Assembly: GCA_938009055.1 (NCBI GenBank)
Contig: CALLIO010000108.1
Span: 1-37,483 of the forward strand
DNA from: an uncultured Altererythrobacter sp.
Lineage (GTDB): Bacteria > Pseudomonadota > Alphaproteobacteria > Sphingomonadales > Sphingomonadaceae
Length of the DNA stretch: 37,483 nucleotides
Reading direction: 5' to 3'
Numbering within the stretch: the first letter of the stretch is position 1; every line of letters begins with the position of its first letter. This document shows positions 25,121 to 34,553 of the stretch, piece by piece. The notes below the pieces were generated by a model. It saw nothing but the letters and a program-made list of their open reading frames with translations. It did no database searches and was not told the DNA's origin. The position numbers were made by a program, and so were the translations under genes.

Positions 25121-27841
25121 TTACCAAGCGATTTGGAAGCCCGCGCGTGAGCCAATCTCGCCGCTATGCGCGCCCACACCAACACCGGCCGAGATGCTGG
25201 CTTGTTCGCTCACCGCCGCCGTCACAGCCATCGCCAAGCTCGTGCGCCCTTGGTAATTGCCCACACCGCCTGACAGCGCAAATGTCGTGCCCGCTGGCAA
25301 AGACGGGCTTTCCATCGCAAGTGCCAAAGCAACGCCTTCATTGGCGCGGTCAATGTTCCTGCGATTGGTTTCGGAAAGGTCAAACAGCGTATCCACTCGG
25401 CTGGAAAGGAAGCCGACATCATTGGACAGCGTGTTGAACTGTGCTTCGGAAACTTGCGCGACGCGGTCGACCAGCGCCTGAACATTGGTGACCGACCTGG
25501 CCGATGCGACTGACTGACGACCCAGCACGCCATTGGCATCAACGGTTACGGCTTCGACAGGGCCGACTTGCGCGCCGGTCGACGCATCAATATCGCCGAT
25601 CCGCACGGCAGAACCCGTGCCGCCAATGGTGACTTGGTTCGCTGCCGTGGTGGTCGCATTGACACCCAAAGCCGTTGAACCTGCATGCTGGGCGCTGGCA
25701 TTGCGCCCCAAGGCAGTAGCGCTGGTCTCGCTCGCATTGGCCAAAGAACCAACAGCAACTCCATTGCCGCCAGCTGCGTTAGCTCGCTCACCCAGTGCGA
25801 CAGCGCCTGAGCCACCCGCATTGGCATTGCGGCCTCCGGCGAACGCCAGTGTTCCAGCAATTGATGTCATGCCAACGGCCGTACCGTTCATACCGGCTTC
25901 GGCTTGCCAGCCAACAGCAACTGAGTTGCCAATGCCTTCAGCGCCGCGACCAATGGCTGTCGTGAGGCTTCCCGCGTCAGCCGCACTGCCAAAGGCAACA
26001 GAGCCATCACCGCTGGCAGCTGCACCTTGACCAATAGCAACGCCAAAGTTGGTCGCTTGCGCGCTGGCGCCAATTGCCAACGCATTGAGACTATCTGCAG
26101 ATGCGCCGCGCCCAATAGCTACAGAATCTACACCGCTCGCTACCGCATCCGCACCGAAAGCCGCCGCACCGTCTGCAAGAGCTTGTGCGCCCAAGTTATC
26201 ACCATCACCACCATCACCGCCAATCGCAATCGACGCGGCGCCGGTGGATTGTGTCGATATTCCGAGCGCAACAGCATCATTGGAGGCAAGAGAAGTTTGT
26301 CCAATCGCAATCCCTCTTGTTCCGGTATTTGCATCTCCGCCAATCGCGATGCTGAGGGCGCCATTTGCATCTGCGCCCCGGCCTAAAGCGACACTATCTG
26401 CACCTGTAGAGAAGGAGGAGGCGCCTAGGCTCATAGACCCAACGCCTTGTGCGCTGGCACTCACTCCTATGGCAACACTTGCCAATGCTTCCCCAGAGCT
26501 ATTTTCGCCGATCGAAACCGCGCCACTGCCCATAGCATTTGCACTACTGCCAATACCAATCGCTCCCGATTTGCTGGCCGTTGCCGCCCGTCCAACGGCA
26601 ACGGCATTCAATTCAGTTGCAGATGAAGAGGCTCCAAGGGCTGTCGCCCCTTCAGCAGTCGCAATAGCTACTCCTCCAATGGCTGTTGCGAGAAAACTTG
26701 TCGACGTCGCACTTGAACCAATTGCTATCGCACCGAGGTCATTCGCTTCGGCATTGGCGCCAATGGCTACAGATTGATCAGAGGATGCAAGGCTGTCCGA
26801 GCCAATCGCGATTGATTGCGCACCTTGCGCCTGCGCGCCAAAATTGCCCGCATCGCCTGCATCACCACCTAGGGCGACAGAGCCAGCCCCAACTGCAGAC
26901 GAACCTGAACCCAATGCAGTTGCATTGTCTGCGGTCGCTTGGGCGAATGCTCCGCCTGCAAATGTCGCAGTGGCCCCTGCATTGGCTTGGGTTCCAATTG
27001 CGACTGAGTTGCTTCCAGAAGCAACTGCAAGGTGTCCGCCGGCTAATGACCTACTTCCTCCGGCAGTTGTCTGGTTTCCAAGCGCCGTACTAAAATCGCC
27101 ATTGGACTCAGCGAATACCCCTAAAGCAATGCTCTGCTGGCCACTCACTTCCGAGTTAGTGCCAATAGCGATACCACCAATGGCTGCAATCGTTTGAGAA
27201 TTTAGGCCAATCGCGATGGATGTATTTCCATTTGCCACCGCATCGGATCCAATGGCAACTGCAAACTGGCTTAAGGCTTGCGCTCCTTTGCCGTCTACAT
27301 CACCTCCATCACCCCCAATCGCAATTGTTCCATCGGCATTTGCATCGCTTTCCGCGCCAATCGAGATAGCCGCGACACCAGTAGCATCGGCATTGCGGCC
27401 CAATGTGGTGGAATTGAGGCCGGTCGCATCGGAGGAAATGCCAATCGCGGTAGCACCTTCAGCAGTTGCGCGCGCCAAATTGCCAAAAGCTGATGCAAAT
27501 TGCTCAGTAGCTGAGGAATCTTCACCGACTGCAACCGTTCGCAAGCCAGTGGACTGCGCATTTTCGCCAATAGCCACACTTTGATCACCCGTTGCATCAG
27601 AGGTTTCACCAACAGCGGTGCTCTCGCTACCGGTGGCTTTGCTATTCGCGCCAACGGCGGTAGCGCCGCTCGCTCCAGAAGCATCGGAATTGCGACCACA
27701 TTCAAGCGACGTTGTCCCGCCAGTGGGATCTTCATTACATTCCGGTGTAGCATCAGCGATAGCGGCGCTTGAGATGGACAGAGCCGCAATGCTGGTGGCA
27801 AGCAAAAGTGAGTTTCTTGTTTGATGCTGAATGCGTTTCAT
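25121..27841 (-). CDS. Trimeric autotransporter adhesin (YadA family) with long head-repeat array
   Basis: Signal peptide; many roughly 14-aa A.G..S.AIG head repeats; neck ANQVTIG; short coiled stalk; anchor GVALALA...GVGNYQG...AGFQIAW. Confidence 0.9.
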   Translation of the reverse strand: MKRIQHQTRNSLLLATSIAALSISSAAIADATPECNEDPTGGTTSLECGRNSDASGASGATAVGANSKATGSESTAVGETSDATGDQSVAIGENAQSTGLRTVAVGEDSSATEQFASAFGNLARATAEGATAIGISSDATGLNSTTLGRNADATGVAAISIGAESDANADGTIAIGGDGGDVDGKGAQALSQFAVAIGSDAVANGNTSIAIGLNSQTIAAIGGIAIGTNSEVSGQQSIALGVFAESNGDFSTALGNQTTAGGSRSLAGGHLAVASGSNSVAIGTQANAGATATFAGGAFAQATADNATALGSGSSAVGAGSVALGGDAGDAGNFGAQAQGAQSIAIGSDSLASSDQSVAIGANAEANDLGAIAIGSSATSTSFLATAIGGVAIATAEGATALGASSSATELNAVAVGRAATASKSGAIGIGSSANAMGSGAVSIGENSSGEALASVAIGVSASAQGVGSMSLGASSFSTGADSVALGRGADANGALSIAIGGDANTGTRGIAIGQTSLASNDAVALGISTQSTGAASIAIGGDGGDGDNLGAQALADGAAAFGADAVASGVDSVAIGRGASADSLNALAIGASAQATNFGVAIGQGAAASGDGSVAFGSAADAGSLTTAIGRGAEGIGNSVAVGWQAEAGMNGTAVGMTSIAGTLAFAGGRNANAGGSGAVALGERANAAGGNGVAVGSLANASETSATALGRNASAQHAGSTALGVNATTTAANQVTIGGTGSAVRIGDIDASTGAQVGPVEAVTVDANGVLGRQSVASARSVTNVQALVDRVAQVSEAQFNTLSNDVGFLSSRVDTLFDLSETNRRNIDRANEGVALALAMESPSLPAGTTFALSGGVGNYQGRTSLAMAVTAAVSEQASISAGVGVGAHSGEIGSRAGFQIAW

Positions 27842-27901
27842 GATGTTTCTTCCCCATTCCTTATGGGGCTATATTTGTGCGCAAATAGAGGGCTTTCCTA
27901 T

Positions 27902-27930
27902 TAGCCAGATGGCCTAACCAAATGGCCTAG
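27902..27930. promoter_or_regulatory. 13-bp tandem repeat, putative response-regulator binding site
   Basis: TAGCCAGATGGCC, TAACCAAATGGCC (11/13 identical), then TAG; lies in the divergent adhesin/kinase intergenic region. Confidence 0.5.
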
Positions 27931-28004
27931 TCCCTGATCATCCCTTGTGCCTGCGCACGATTCAGCGATGATGGATATTGGGAAGGGGCAAGGAACCCGA
28001 ACAG

Positions 28005-29237
28005 ATGGATCACAAGTTTTTCTACCGGCTTTTGTGTCTTGTCGGAGCCGCCGTTCTGACCGGCTACATGTATCTTGCTATGCTAGGATCAGTACCGCTG
28101 TTTCAGCTCAACACTTCGCTCGCTCTTGGCGTGTTCCTGATCCTATTTTGGACCGCACGATTGTTCTGGAAACGGGTGAAGCCTACGCCAAGCAAAGCGG
28201 CTGGCGAGTGGCTACTGCTCGACCCATTGAACAGTTATGCATTCTATGCCTCAACCATATGGACGACTTGGTCACTTGGACCGTTTTTGCCCAGCGATGT
28301 GCAGCTTGCCTGCATATTCGTGCTATTAATGTGCGCGGTGGTAATAATTTTGGGATCGACTAGATTTGCGCCCGCGCATGGCTTTGGCGCGGTTTCGCCC
28401 TTAGCAATTCCGGTTTCGACTTTGCTTTTCATATTGGTCCATTTGGAAATTTGGAAATGGGGGATCGCTGCTGCCTTCACGATCTCATCGGTAGCACTCT
28501 TCGTTTTTCGTCGTGTTATGCAGGGGCTGCTCAACTCTGCCCATTTTGCGCGGCTGGAAGCTGAACGGGAGCGCGATGCGAAGAACAGGTTTATCGCTTC
28601 GGCCTCGCATGATTTGCAGCAGCCCATTCAAGCAGCAGGGCTGTCGTTTGACCAAGTTATAAGCCGAAAAGGTGAGGCGCGGGAAAAAGCAGTGAGGCGG
28701 GTGCGTTGGGCGCTTGATACAACGGGCCAGCTGCTAAAACAGATGACCGAATATCTGCAATTGCAGGCTGGTGAGCTTGCCGCAAAACGAGGAGATATTG
28801 CAATCGGTCCAGCCATTGCGCGTGCAGCTGAATTGTATGAACCGGCCGCCACCGCAAGCGGTATACAAATTCATGCAATGCCAAGCGGCCTTGAAACAAT
28901 AGGTGATCCCTCTCTGGTCGACCGCATTCTTGCCAACTACATCACCAATGGGATTAAACACTCAAAGGCCAGCCGTTTGCTTGTCGGCGCGCGGCGCAGA
29001 GGCGATCGAATACGTATTTGGGTTATTGATGATGGTTTGGGGATAGATGCTGTGGATCAACCGCAATTGTTCGACGATTATTTCCAAGGGGCCAATCATC
29101 GCGGCGAAGAACGCGGCGGATTTGGGCTTGGATTGGCATCAGCAATGCGCATGGCAAAATTAATGGGCGGCGATGCGGGCTATGAAAAAAGATGGGCCAG
29201 CGGCAGCGCCTTCTGGTTTGAATTGCCAGTGACTTAG
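28005..29237 (+). CDS. Membrane-bound sensor histidine kinase
   Basis: N-terminal TMs; ASASHDLQQP; NYITNGIKH; DDGLGI; GFGLGLA. ATG 28005 preferred over TTG 27978. Confidence 0.9.
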   Translation: MDHKFFYRLLCLVGAAVLTGYMYLAMLGSVPLFQLNTSLALGVFLILFWTARLFWKRVKPTPSKAAGEWLLLDPLNSYAFYASTIWTTWSLGPFLPSDVQLACIFVLLMCAVVIILGSTRFAPAHGFGAVSPLAIPVSTLLFILVHLEIWKWGIAAAFTISSVALFVFRRVMQGLLNSAHFARLEAERERDAKNRFIASASHDLQQPIQAAGLSFDQVISRKGEAREKAVRRVRWALDTTGQLLKQMTEYLQLQAGELAAKRGDIAIGPAIARAAELYEPAATASGIQIHAMPSGLETIGDPSLVDRILANYITNGIKHSKASRLLVGARRRGDRIRIWVIDDGLGIDAVDQPQLFDDYFQGANHRGEERGGFGLGLASAMRMAKLMGGDAGYEKRWASGSAFWFELPVT

Positions 29238-29295
29238 TATAAGCCTTCCCCTCAGTTGGCGTCCATTCGATGCCGATATGGGACGCGGCTAACCA

Positions 29296-29928
29296 ATGCG
29301 ATCATGCTTGATTTGTGATGACCATGCGATGCTAAGGGACGCGATGGCTGGCTTGGTCGAAGGGGCATGGCCCGAGGCAGTACTTACCATTGTTGGAGAC
29401 TATCCTTCCGCTTGGAAAGCGATTGAAAGCAGTCCAGATCTTTGCATCACCGACCTTTCAATGCCCGGCTCCGAACCTCTCGATGGCATAGCCCACATGC
29501 GCTCTGTTGCCCCCGATGCGCCTATGGTGGTTGTAACCGGTAATGAAGACGATGAACTTTTGCTCGCGTTATTCGAATTGGGCATTTCCGGTTTCGTTAC
29601 AAAGACCTCGCAGAGCGCCGTGATAGAGGCTGCGATCAGGGTGGTGCTCGCCGGAGGGACCTATGTCCCAGAGCGTGTGCTGACTTTGAGTTCAGGCCGC
29701 GATGGCAGCGTAAACCTGTCGGGCGTAGCGACACACGCGAGACTAACCGAGCGGCAGGGTGATGTCTTGAAACTAATCGCGGCTGGGATGTCGAATAAAG
29801 AAGTAGCGCGGGAGCTAGAATTGTCTCCAGCTACGGTGAAAGCACATGCAGCTGCCGCGTTTGCGGCACTGGGTGTGAACAACCGCATAGAAGGCGTGCT
29901 GAAAGCTAAAGAACTTGATCTGATTTAG
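29296..29928 (+). CDS. NarL/LuxR-family response regulator
   Basis: ICDDH, ITDLSMPG, VTG, FVTK; LTERQ..VLKLIAAGMSNKEVARELELSPATVKAH. Confidence 0.93.
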   Translation: MRSCLICDDHAMLRDAMAGLVEGAWPEAVLTIVGDYPSAWKAIESSPDLCITDLSMPGSEPLDGIAHMRSVAPDAPMVVVTGNEDDELLLALFELGISGFVTKTSQSAVIEAAIRVVLAGGTYVPERVLTLSSGRDGSVNLSGVATHARLTERQGDVLKLIAAGMSNKEVARELELSPATVKAHAAAAFAALGVNNRIEGVLKAKELDLI

Positions 29929-30114
29929 GCGGCCACTGGCGCAGATGCGGTGGCGATTGTGACCGAGTGGGACGCGTTCCGAGCGCTTGATCTCGGCCGC
30001 GTGATGGAGCTGGCGAACCAGCCGGTTCTGGTCGACCTTCGCAATATCTACCGACCCGAAGATATGCGTGGAGCAGGCTTTAACTATTCCAGCGTTGGAC
30101 GGGGTGACTTATGA
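29929..30114 (+). pseudogene. ugd: 3' remnant of UDP-glucose 6-dehydrogenase
   Basis: Not in the ORF track. Manual translation AATGADAVAIVTEWDAFRALDLGRVMELANQPVLVDLRNIYRPEDMRGAGFNYSSVGRGDL* contains the Ugd C-terminal motifs GADA..IVTEW..F, VDLRNIY and GF.Y.SVGR. The rest of the gene is absent. Confidence 0.85.
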
Positions 30115-30129
30115 TACTGTAATTCTCTC

Positions 30130-32226
30130 ATGCTGCCACGCCCCATCCCTTGCCCGATAATATCGATTGGCGGGCAAGCTCGCTTAGGACGCAAAACCTC
30201 AATAAGGGGGTTTGCCTCTTCCGCCCCCTCCTTTAATGGAGGGCTTCTAAAGGGCCGCTCAAATGGGGGAGGGATCCTAATCAGCCAAGTTTTTCGCCTT
30301 GTTGCGAACCGCCTTATCGGTTTGCCAAGATGGGCCAAGCAATCGCTCATCATTGTCATTGATTTTATCTTGCTGCTTCAAGCGGCGTGGATATCCTATT
30401 CCCTGCGCTTAGGTGTATTAACCTACTGGAATGAAGCGGTCGCCAAGATCGTGCTCATTACCGTTCCTTCAGCGCTTGTGCTCTTCGCGCTCACCGGCGT
30501 CTACGGAACAATTTTCCGCTTCGCTGACTTAGGAATGATGCGCAGCCTTGCGCGCAGCTTTTTCATCTACGGCTTCTTCATGACAATCGTCATGAGTGTT
30601 GGTGGCATTACAGGCATCCCCAGAACCTTGGGTGTTTTGCAACCGATGATCCTGTTCATCTTGATGGTCGGATCAAGGATTGCCGTGCGCTTTGTCCTGG
30701 TCGATTTGATGGGGCGCCGGCGCTTTGTGGGGGAGGTGCGCCATGTCCTCATCTATGGTGCCGGGCAAGCAGGCCGCCAGATCGCCAGCTCTTTGAGAAC
30801 AGAACCGGGAATGACGCTGGTGGGGTTTGTTGATGACAATGCGCTGATTGTTGGCCAGCGCCTTGAGGGCAAAAGGATCTTTGATCGGCACAGCTTGGGC
30901 CAAACGATACAGGCCGAAGGCGTCACAGATATCTTGCTCGCCCTGCCCCGAATAACACGAAGAGAAAGGCAGGAGATTGTCGATTCTTTGCGCCAATTCA
31001 AAGTGAGCGTCCAAACCCTGCCGCAATTGAGCGACCTCACCCAAGGTAAGGTGTCGATCAATGATATCCGCCCGCTTGAAATTGAAGATTTGCTTGGCCG
31101 AGAGCCAGTTGAGCCGGACAAGAAGCTGCTCGATCGCACCATCCGTGACAAAACAGTGTTAGTCACAGGCGCAGGCGGCTCGATTGGCAGCGAACTTTGC
31201 CGGCAGATCGCAAGCATTGGCGCCCGCAAACTCATTCTCTTCGATATCTCCGAATTCTCGCTCTACCAGATTGAGCGGGAGCTCGCTGGCATGCAGTCCG
31301 ATGATCCCTCGCCCTTAGAGATCGTGCCGATATTGGGCTCGGTTTCGGATCGCGAAAGGCTGGCTGAAATCTTCAGCTGGTACGATGTCGACACTGTCTT
31401 TCACGCCGCCGCTTACAAACACGTGCCTCTTGTCGAGGCCAATCCGATCGAAGCTTTACGCAACAATATTTTGGGCACTCAATCGCTCGCAGATGCAGCG
31501 CACAGCGCCCAAGTTTCCGACTTCATCCTCATCAGCACAGATAAAGCCGTGCGGCCAACCAATGTGATGGGCGCGAGCAAAAGGGCGGCAGAGCAAGTCA
31601 TCCAATCGCTGGCTGAAGAATCAAAAACAACACGCTTTTCTATGGTGCGGTTTGGCAATGTGCTGGGCTCAAGTGGCTCGGTTGTGCCGCTGTTTCGCTC
31701 GCAGATCGAAGCAGGTGGCCCCATCACGCTCACCCACAAGGATATCACTCGCTATTTTATGACCATTCCCGAAGCTGCGGGATTGGTTATTCAAGCAGCT
31801 GGCATGGCCAAAGGCGGTGAGATGTTTGTGCTTGATATGGGCAAGCCTGTTACCATCGCGGAACTGGCCAAAACCATGGTGCAACTAAGCGGGCTTTCCC
31901 TGCGCGATGCCCAGAACCCAGATGGCGATATTGAGATCGTTGAGATTGGCCTGCGCCCTGGCGAAAAGCTTTTCGAAGAATTGTTGATCGGCCAATCCCC
32001 ACAAGACACGCAGCATCCCCGTATAATGATGGCCCATGAAAACTTCGCAGACCGCGCTGAAATTCAGGCATTGTTAGGAGAAATCCGGCAATGCCGCGAT
32101 GGCAGTGAGGCTGTTTCTATTCTTGAGCGGCTTGTGCCTGAATTTGATCATCGCCCTTTGGGCTCTGAAGCGCCCAATGCACAGCAGGCGGCCAATGATG
32201 ATCCGGTTCAGCATGCCGCAGAATAA
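30130..32226 (+). CDS. Membrane-bound nucleotide-sugar 4,6-dehydratase (CapD/WbpM/PglF family); true start probably near 30280
   Basis: N-terminal TMs, YGAGQAG, TGAGGSIGSE, HAAAYKHVP, STDKAV, RFGNVLGSSGSV, GLRPGEKLFEELL. Confidence 0.92.
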   Translation: MLPRPIPCPIISIGGQARLGRKTSIRGFASSAPSFNGGLLKGRSNGGGILISQVFRLVANRLIGLPRWAKQSLIIVIDFILLLQAAWISYSLRLGVLTYWNEAVAKIVLITVPSALVLFALTGVYGTIFRFADLGMMRSLARSFFIYGFFMTIVMSVGGITGIPRTLGVLQPMILFILMVGSRIAVRFVLVDLMGRRRFVGEVRHVLIYGAGQAGRQIASSLRTEPGMTLVGFVDDNALIVGQRLEGKRIFDRHSLGQTIQAEGVTDILLALPRITRRERQEIVDSLRQFKVSVQTLPQLSDLTQGKVSINDIRPLEIEDLLGREPVEPDKKLLDRTIRDKTVLVTGAGGSIGSELCRQIASIGARKLILFDISEFSLYQIERELAGMQSDDPSPLEIVPILGSVSDRERLAEIFSWYDVDTVFHAAAYKHVPLVEANPIEALRNNILGTQSLADAAHSAQVSDFILISTDKAVRPTNVMGASKRAAEQVIQSLAEESKTTRFSMVRFGNVLGSSGSVVPLFRSQIEAGGPITLTHKDITRYFMTIPEAAGLVIQAAGMAKGGEMFVLDMGKPVTIAELAKTMVQLSGLSLRDAQNPDGDIEIVEIGLRPGEKLFEELLIGQSPQDTQHPRIMMAHENFADRAEIQALLGEIRQCRDGSEAVSILERLVPEFDHRPLGSEAPNAQQAANDDPVQHAAE

Positions 32227-32251
32227 CCAGCTCCACCCATAGGAAGCCCTC

Positions 32252-33265
32252 ATGCGCAAAATCCTCGTCACCGGTTCGGCTGGCTTTATTGGTTTTCACC
32301 TCTCCAAGCTTTTGCTGGCAGAAGGATTTTCGGTAGTCGGCTTCGACGGCATGACCGATTATTACGATGTGCGAATCAAGCAGGGCCGGCATCAAATGCT
32401 GCTGCAAAATGAGCATTTTACCGCGCATGAAGGCATGCTCGAAGATTTCGAATCGCTGCACACGCTGATGATGGATAAAAAGCCAGATGTGATTGTCCAT
32501 CTCGCCGCCCAAGCCGGTGTTCGCTACAGCCTAGAGAACCCGCGCGCCTATATCGATGCCAATATCGTTGGCACTTTCAATGTAATGGAATGCGCGCGCG
32601 AACTGGGCGTAGACCATTTGCTGATGGCTTCTACTTCGTCCGTCTATGGCGCGAATGAAGAAATGCCCTTTGATGAGCGCGAACGGGTTGAGACCCAAAT
32701 GACGCTTTATGCCGCCACGAAAAAGGCGAACGAAAGCATGGGGCATTCCTACGCGCACCTTTGGAACTTGCCGACGACCATGTTCCGCTTCTTCACTGTC
32801 TATGGCCCGTGGGGCCGACCCGATATGGCGCTTTTCAAGTTCACCAAGGGTATTTTGGACGGCACGCCGATCGACATTTACAACAATGGCAACATGCATC
32901 GCGATTTCACTTTCGTCACCGATCTGGTGCGCGGCATACGCTTGCTCGTGGATACGCCTCCGGTTCGCCCTGAAAGTTCTGAGGACATCGCGAGTTACGA
33001 CAGCCTATCGCCCGTCGCCCCCTTCCGCGTGGTAAACATCGGCAACAGCGACAAGGTGCGGTTGATGGACTTTGTCGAAGCGATTGAGGCGGAATGCGGG
33101 GTCGAGGCGGTCAAAAACTTCATGCCCATGCAGAAAGGCGACGTGCCTGCTACTTGGGCGGATGCAACTTTGCTGAAAGAGCTCACCGGATACCAGCCGC
33201 AAACCGATGTACGCGAGGGAATCAAGCAATTCGTCGCTTGGTACCGCGACTATTACAAAGTTTGA
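32252..33265 (+). CDS. UDP-glucuronate 4-epimerase-like NAD-dependent epimerase (CapI/LpsL family)
   Basis: TGSAGFIG, HLAAQAGVRYSLENP, YAATK, RFFTVYGPWGRPDMA, PMQKGDV. Confidence 0.92.
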   Translation: MRKILVTGSAGFIGFHLSKLLLAEGFSVVGFDGMTDYYDVRIKQGRHQMLLQNEHFTAHEGMLEDFESLHTLMMDKKPDVIVHLAAQAGVRYSLENPRAYIDANIVGTFNVMECARELGVDHLLMASTSSVYGANEEMPFDERERVETQMTLYAATKKANESMGHSYAHLWNLPTTMFRFFTVYGPWGRPDMALFKFTKGILDGTPIDIYNNGNMHRDFTFVTDLVRGIRLLVDTPPVRPESSEDIASYDSLSPVAPFRVVNIGNSDKVRLMDFVEAIEAECGVEAVKNFMPMQKGDVPATWADATLLKELTGYQPQTDVREGIKQFVAWYRDYYKV

Positions 33266-33279
33266 TCGCTTAAAGTGAT

Positions 33280-33903
33280 TTACTGCGGAGGCTGAGCCAA
33301 AGCCGGTGCATCTGCTGCGGTTTGAGGCGCTGGAGCCGCTTCTTCCGCCGCCCCATCGCCTGGAAGCGGTGCATTGCGCTCGCGCTCCAGCCGCTCGAGA
33401 TATTCGCGCTCGATTTGCTCAACGCGCTCTTGTTCCATCGCAGCATCAGTATCGATGGTAGACAAGCGCTCTTCGCGTGCAGCTTGGATCAGCTGGCTAA
33501 AGCGCACCCCTGCCCCTTCGCGCTTATCGGCAAAGGCAGCATCGATCATTTGCTGAGTGCAGCCAAGCGACCCGCCGGCCCCTGCTGGAGTGCACGAATA
33601 CGTTCCGAAATTGCCAACCATCTCAAGCTGTTGGACGCGTTTGGCCCACGCAGTATTCTGAATGGAATCGCTGGTTCTAAGCGTTGGCGGAATGCGGTAA
33701 CGCTCATTTTCCGGCAGACGCGCGAAAACGCAGATATTGCCATCCGGACATTCAGGCGCAGCATCTTCGCCATAGACATAAGCGATCTGGACATCGTCAG
33801 ACACGGGCTGGGCCGGCTGCAAATCATCTTGAGCGATAGCAGCGCCTGCCAAACCCATGCTGGCGACTGCCAGTGCCAGTGATGCTGATGTGAACAAGCG
33901 CAT
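33280..33903 (-). CDS. Exported hypothetical protein with four Cys
   Basis: Signal peptide (AAIA-Q), VYGED..PEC...IC..RLPENERYRIP, SCTPAG.GG..GC; fills the gap between neighbours. Confidence 0.75.
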   Translation of the reverse strand: MRLFTSASLALAVASMGLAGAAIAQDDLQPAQPVSDDVQIAYVYGEDAAPECPDGNICVFARLPENERYRIPPTLRTSDSIQNTAWAKRVQQLEMVGNFGTYSCTPAGAGGSLGCTQQMIDAAFADKREGAGVRFSQLIQAAREERLSTIDTDAAMEQERVEQIEREYLERLERERNAPLPGDGAAEEAAPAPQTAADAPALAQPPQ

Positions 33904-34021
33904 GGCCGTTATCCTAGCTGATCTTTGAACATGGATGCCCTATAAGCAGGGCCAGCGTGAATACCAACTGAAGAGCGAAAGATGTGGGCTGGAAAGGCTC
34001 GTTCAAAAAAGCAGAAACGCT

Positions 34022-34543
34022 CTAAATACGCTCGGCCAGCTTGATGGCAGCGCGGCATCCCAGCCGGATCGCGCCTGACAATAGCGGATAGGCAGGCGCT
34101 TTTTCCGCGCCCGCTGCCAGCGCAGCATCGCGGTGTTCGCGCTCATCCTCGCGAAATTCATGGATCATCTCAGCCAATTCGGGATCAGCGCCGCTTTCTT
34201 CCAGCGCGTCCAATTGGTCGGAATAGTGCTTGTCGATTTCCGTTTCGACCGCCGCCGTGCAAGCCATTGCAGCTTCTGGCCCCAGCAGCGCCGTTCCTGC
34301 ACCCAATGCATAGCCAGCCGCTGACCAGAAAGGTTGCAGCACTGTCGGGCGAACGCCGCGCCGCGCCATCAATTTGTCGAATTCTTCGCGGTGGCGCTCT
34401 TCCTGTTCGGCCATGCCAGCGATTTCTTGCGAATGCGGCCCGCGGCTTCCCATCACGGCCAATTGGCCAGCGTAAATGCGGTTCGCACCAAATTCGCCCG
34501 CTTGGTCAACGCGGATCATGCGATGGATGTCTTTCTTGTCCAT
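34022..34543 (-). CDS. coq7: Demethoxyubiquinone hydroxylase (Coq7, di-iron)
   Basis: MIRVDQAGEFGANRIYAGQ, EERH, AMACTAAVETEIDKHY, EREH. Start re-assigned to ATG 34543. Confidence 0.92.
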   Translation of the reverse strand: MDKKDIHRMIRVDQAGEFGANRIYAGQLAVMGSRGPHSQEIAGMAEQEERHREEFDKLMARRGVRPTVLQPFWSAAGYALGAGTALLGPEAAMACTAAVETEIDKHYSDQLDALEESGADPELAEMIHEFREDEREHRDAALAAGAEKAPAYPLLSGAIRLGCRAAIKLAERI

Positions 34544-34553
34544 AGCGTGGACC

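Noticed and set aside
25533-27824. Several long plus-strand ORFs opposite the adhesin, and the repetitive DNA there as a possible CRISPR or tandem array
   Set aside because: They are antisense shadows of Ala/Gly/Ser-rich codons. The repeats are degenerate protein repeats with no identical DNA repeat-spacer pattern.
1-29928. Calling the accessory block a defined mobile element or genomic island
   Set aside because: No integrase, transposase, tRNA or att repeat is visible; only the ugd junction supports a rearrangement, and composition was not computed.
31560-31585. MGASK in place of the SDR YxxxK catalytic motif in the CapD-like protein
   Set aside because: Met at this position is normal for WbpM/PglF/CapD-type dehydratases.
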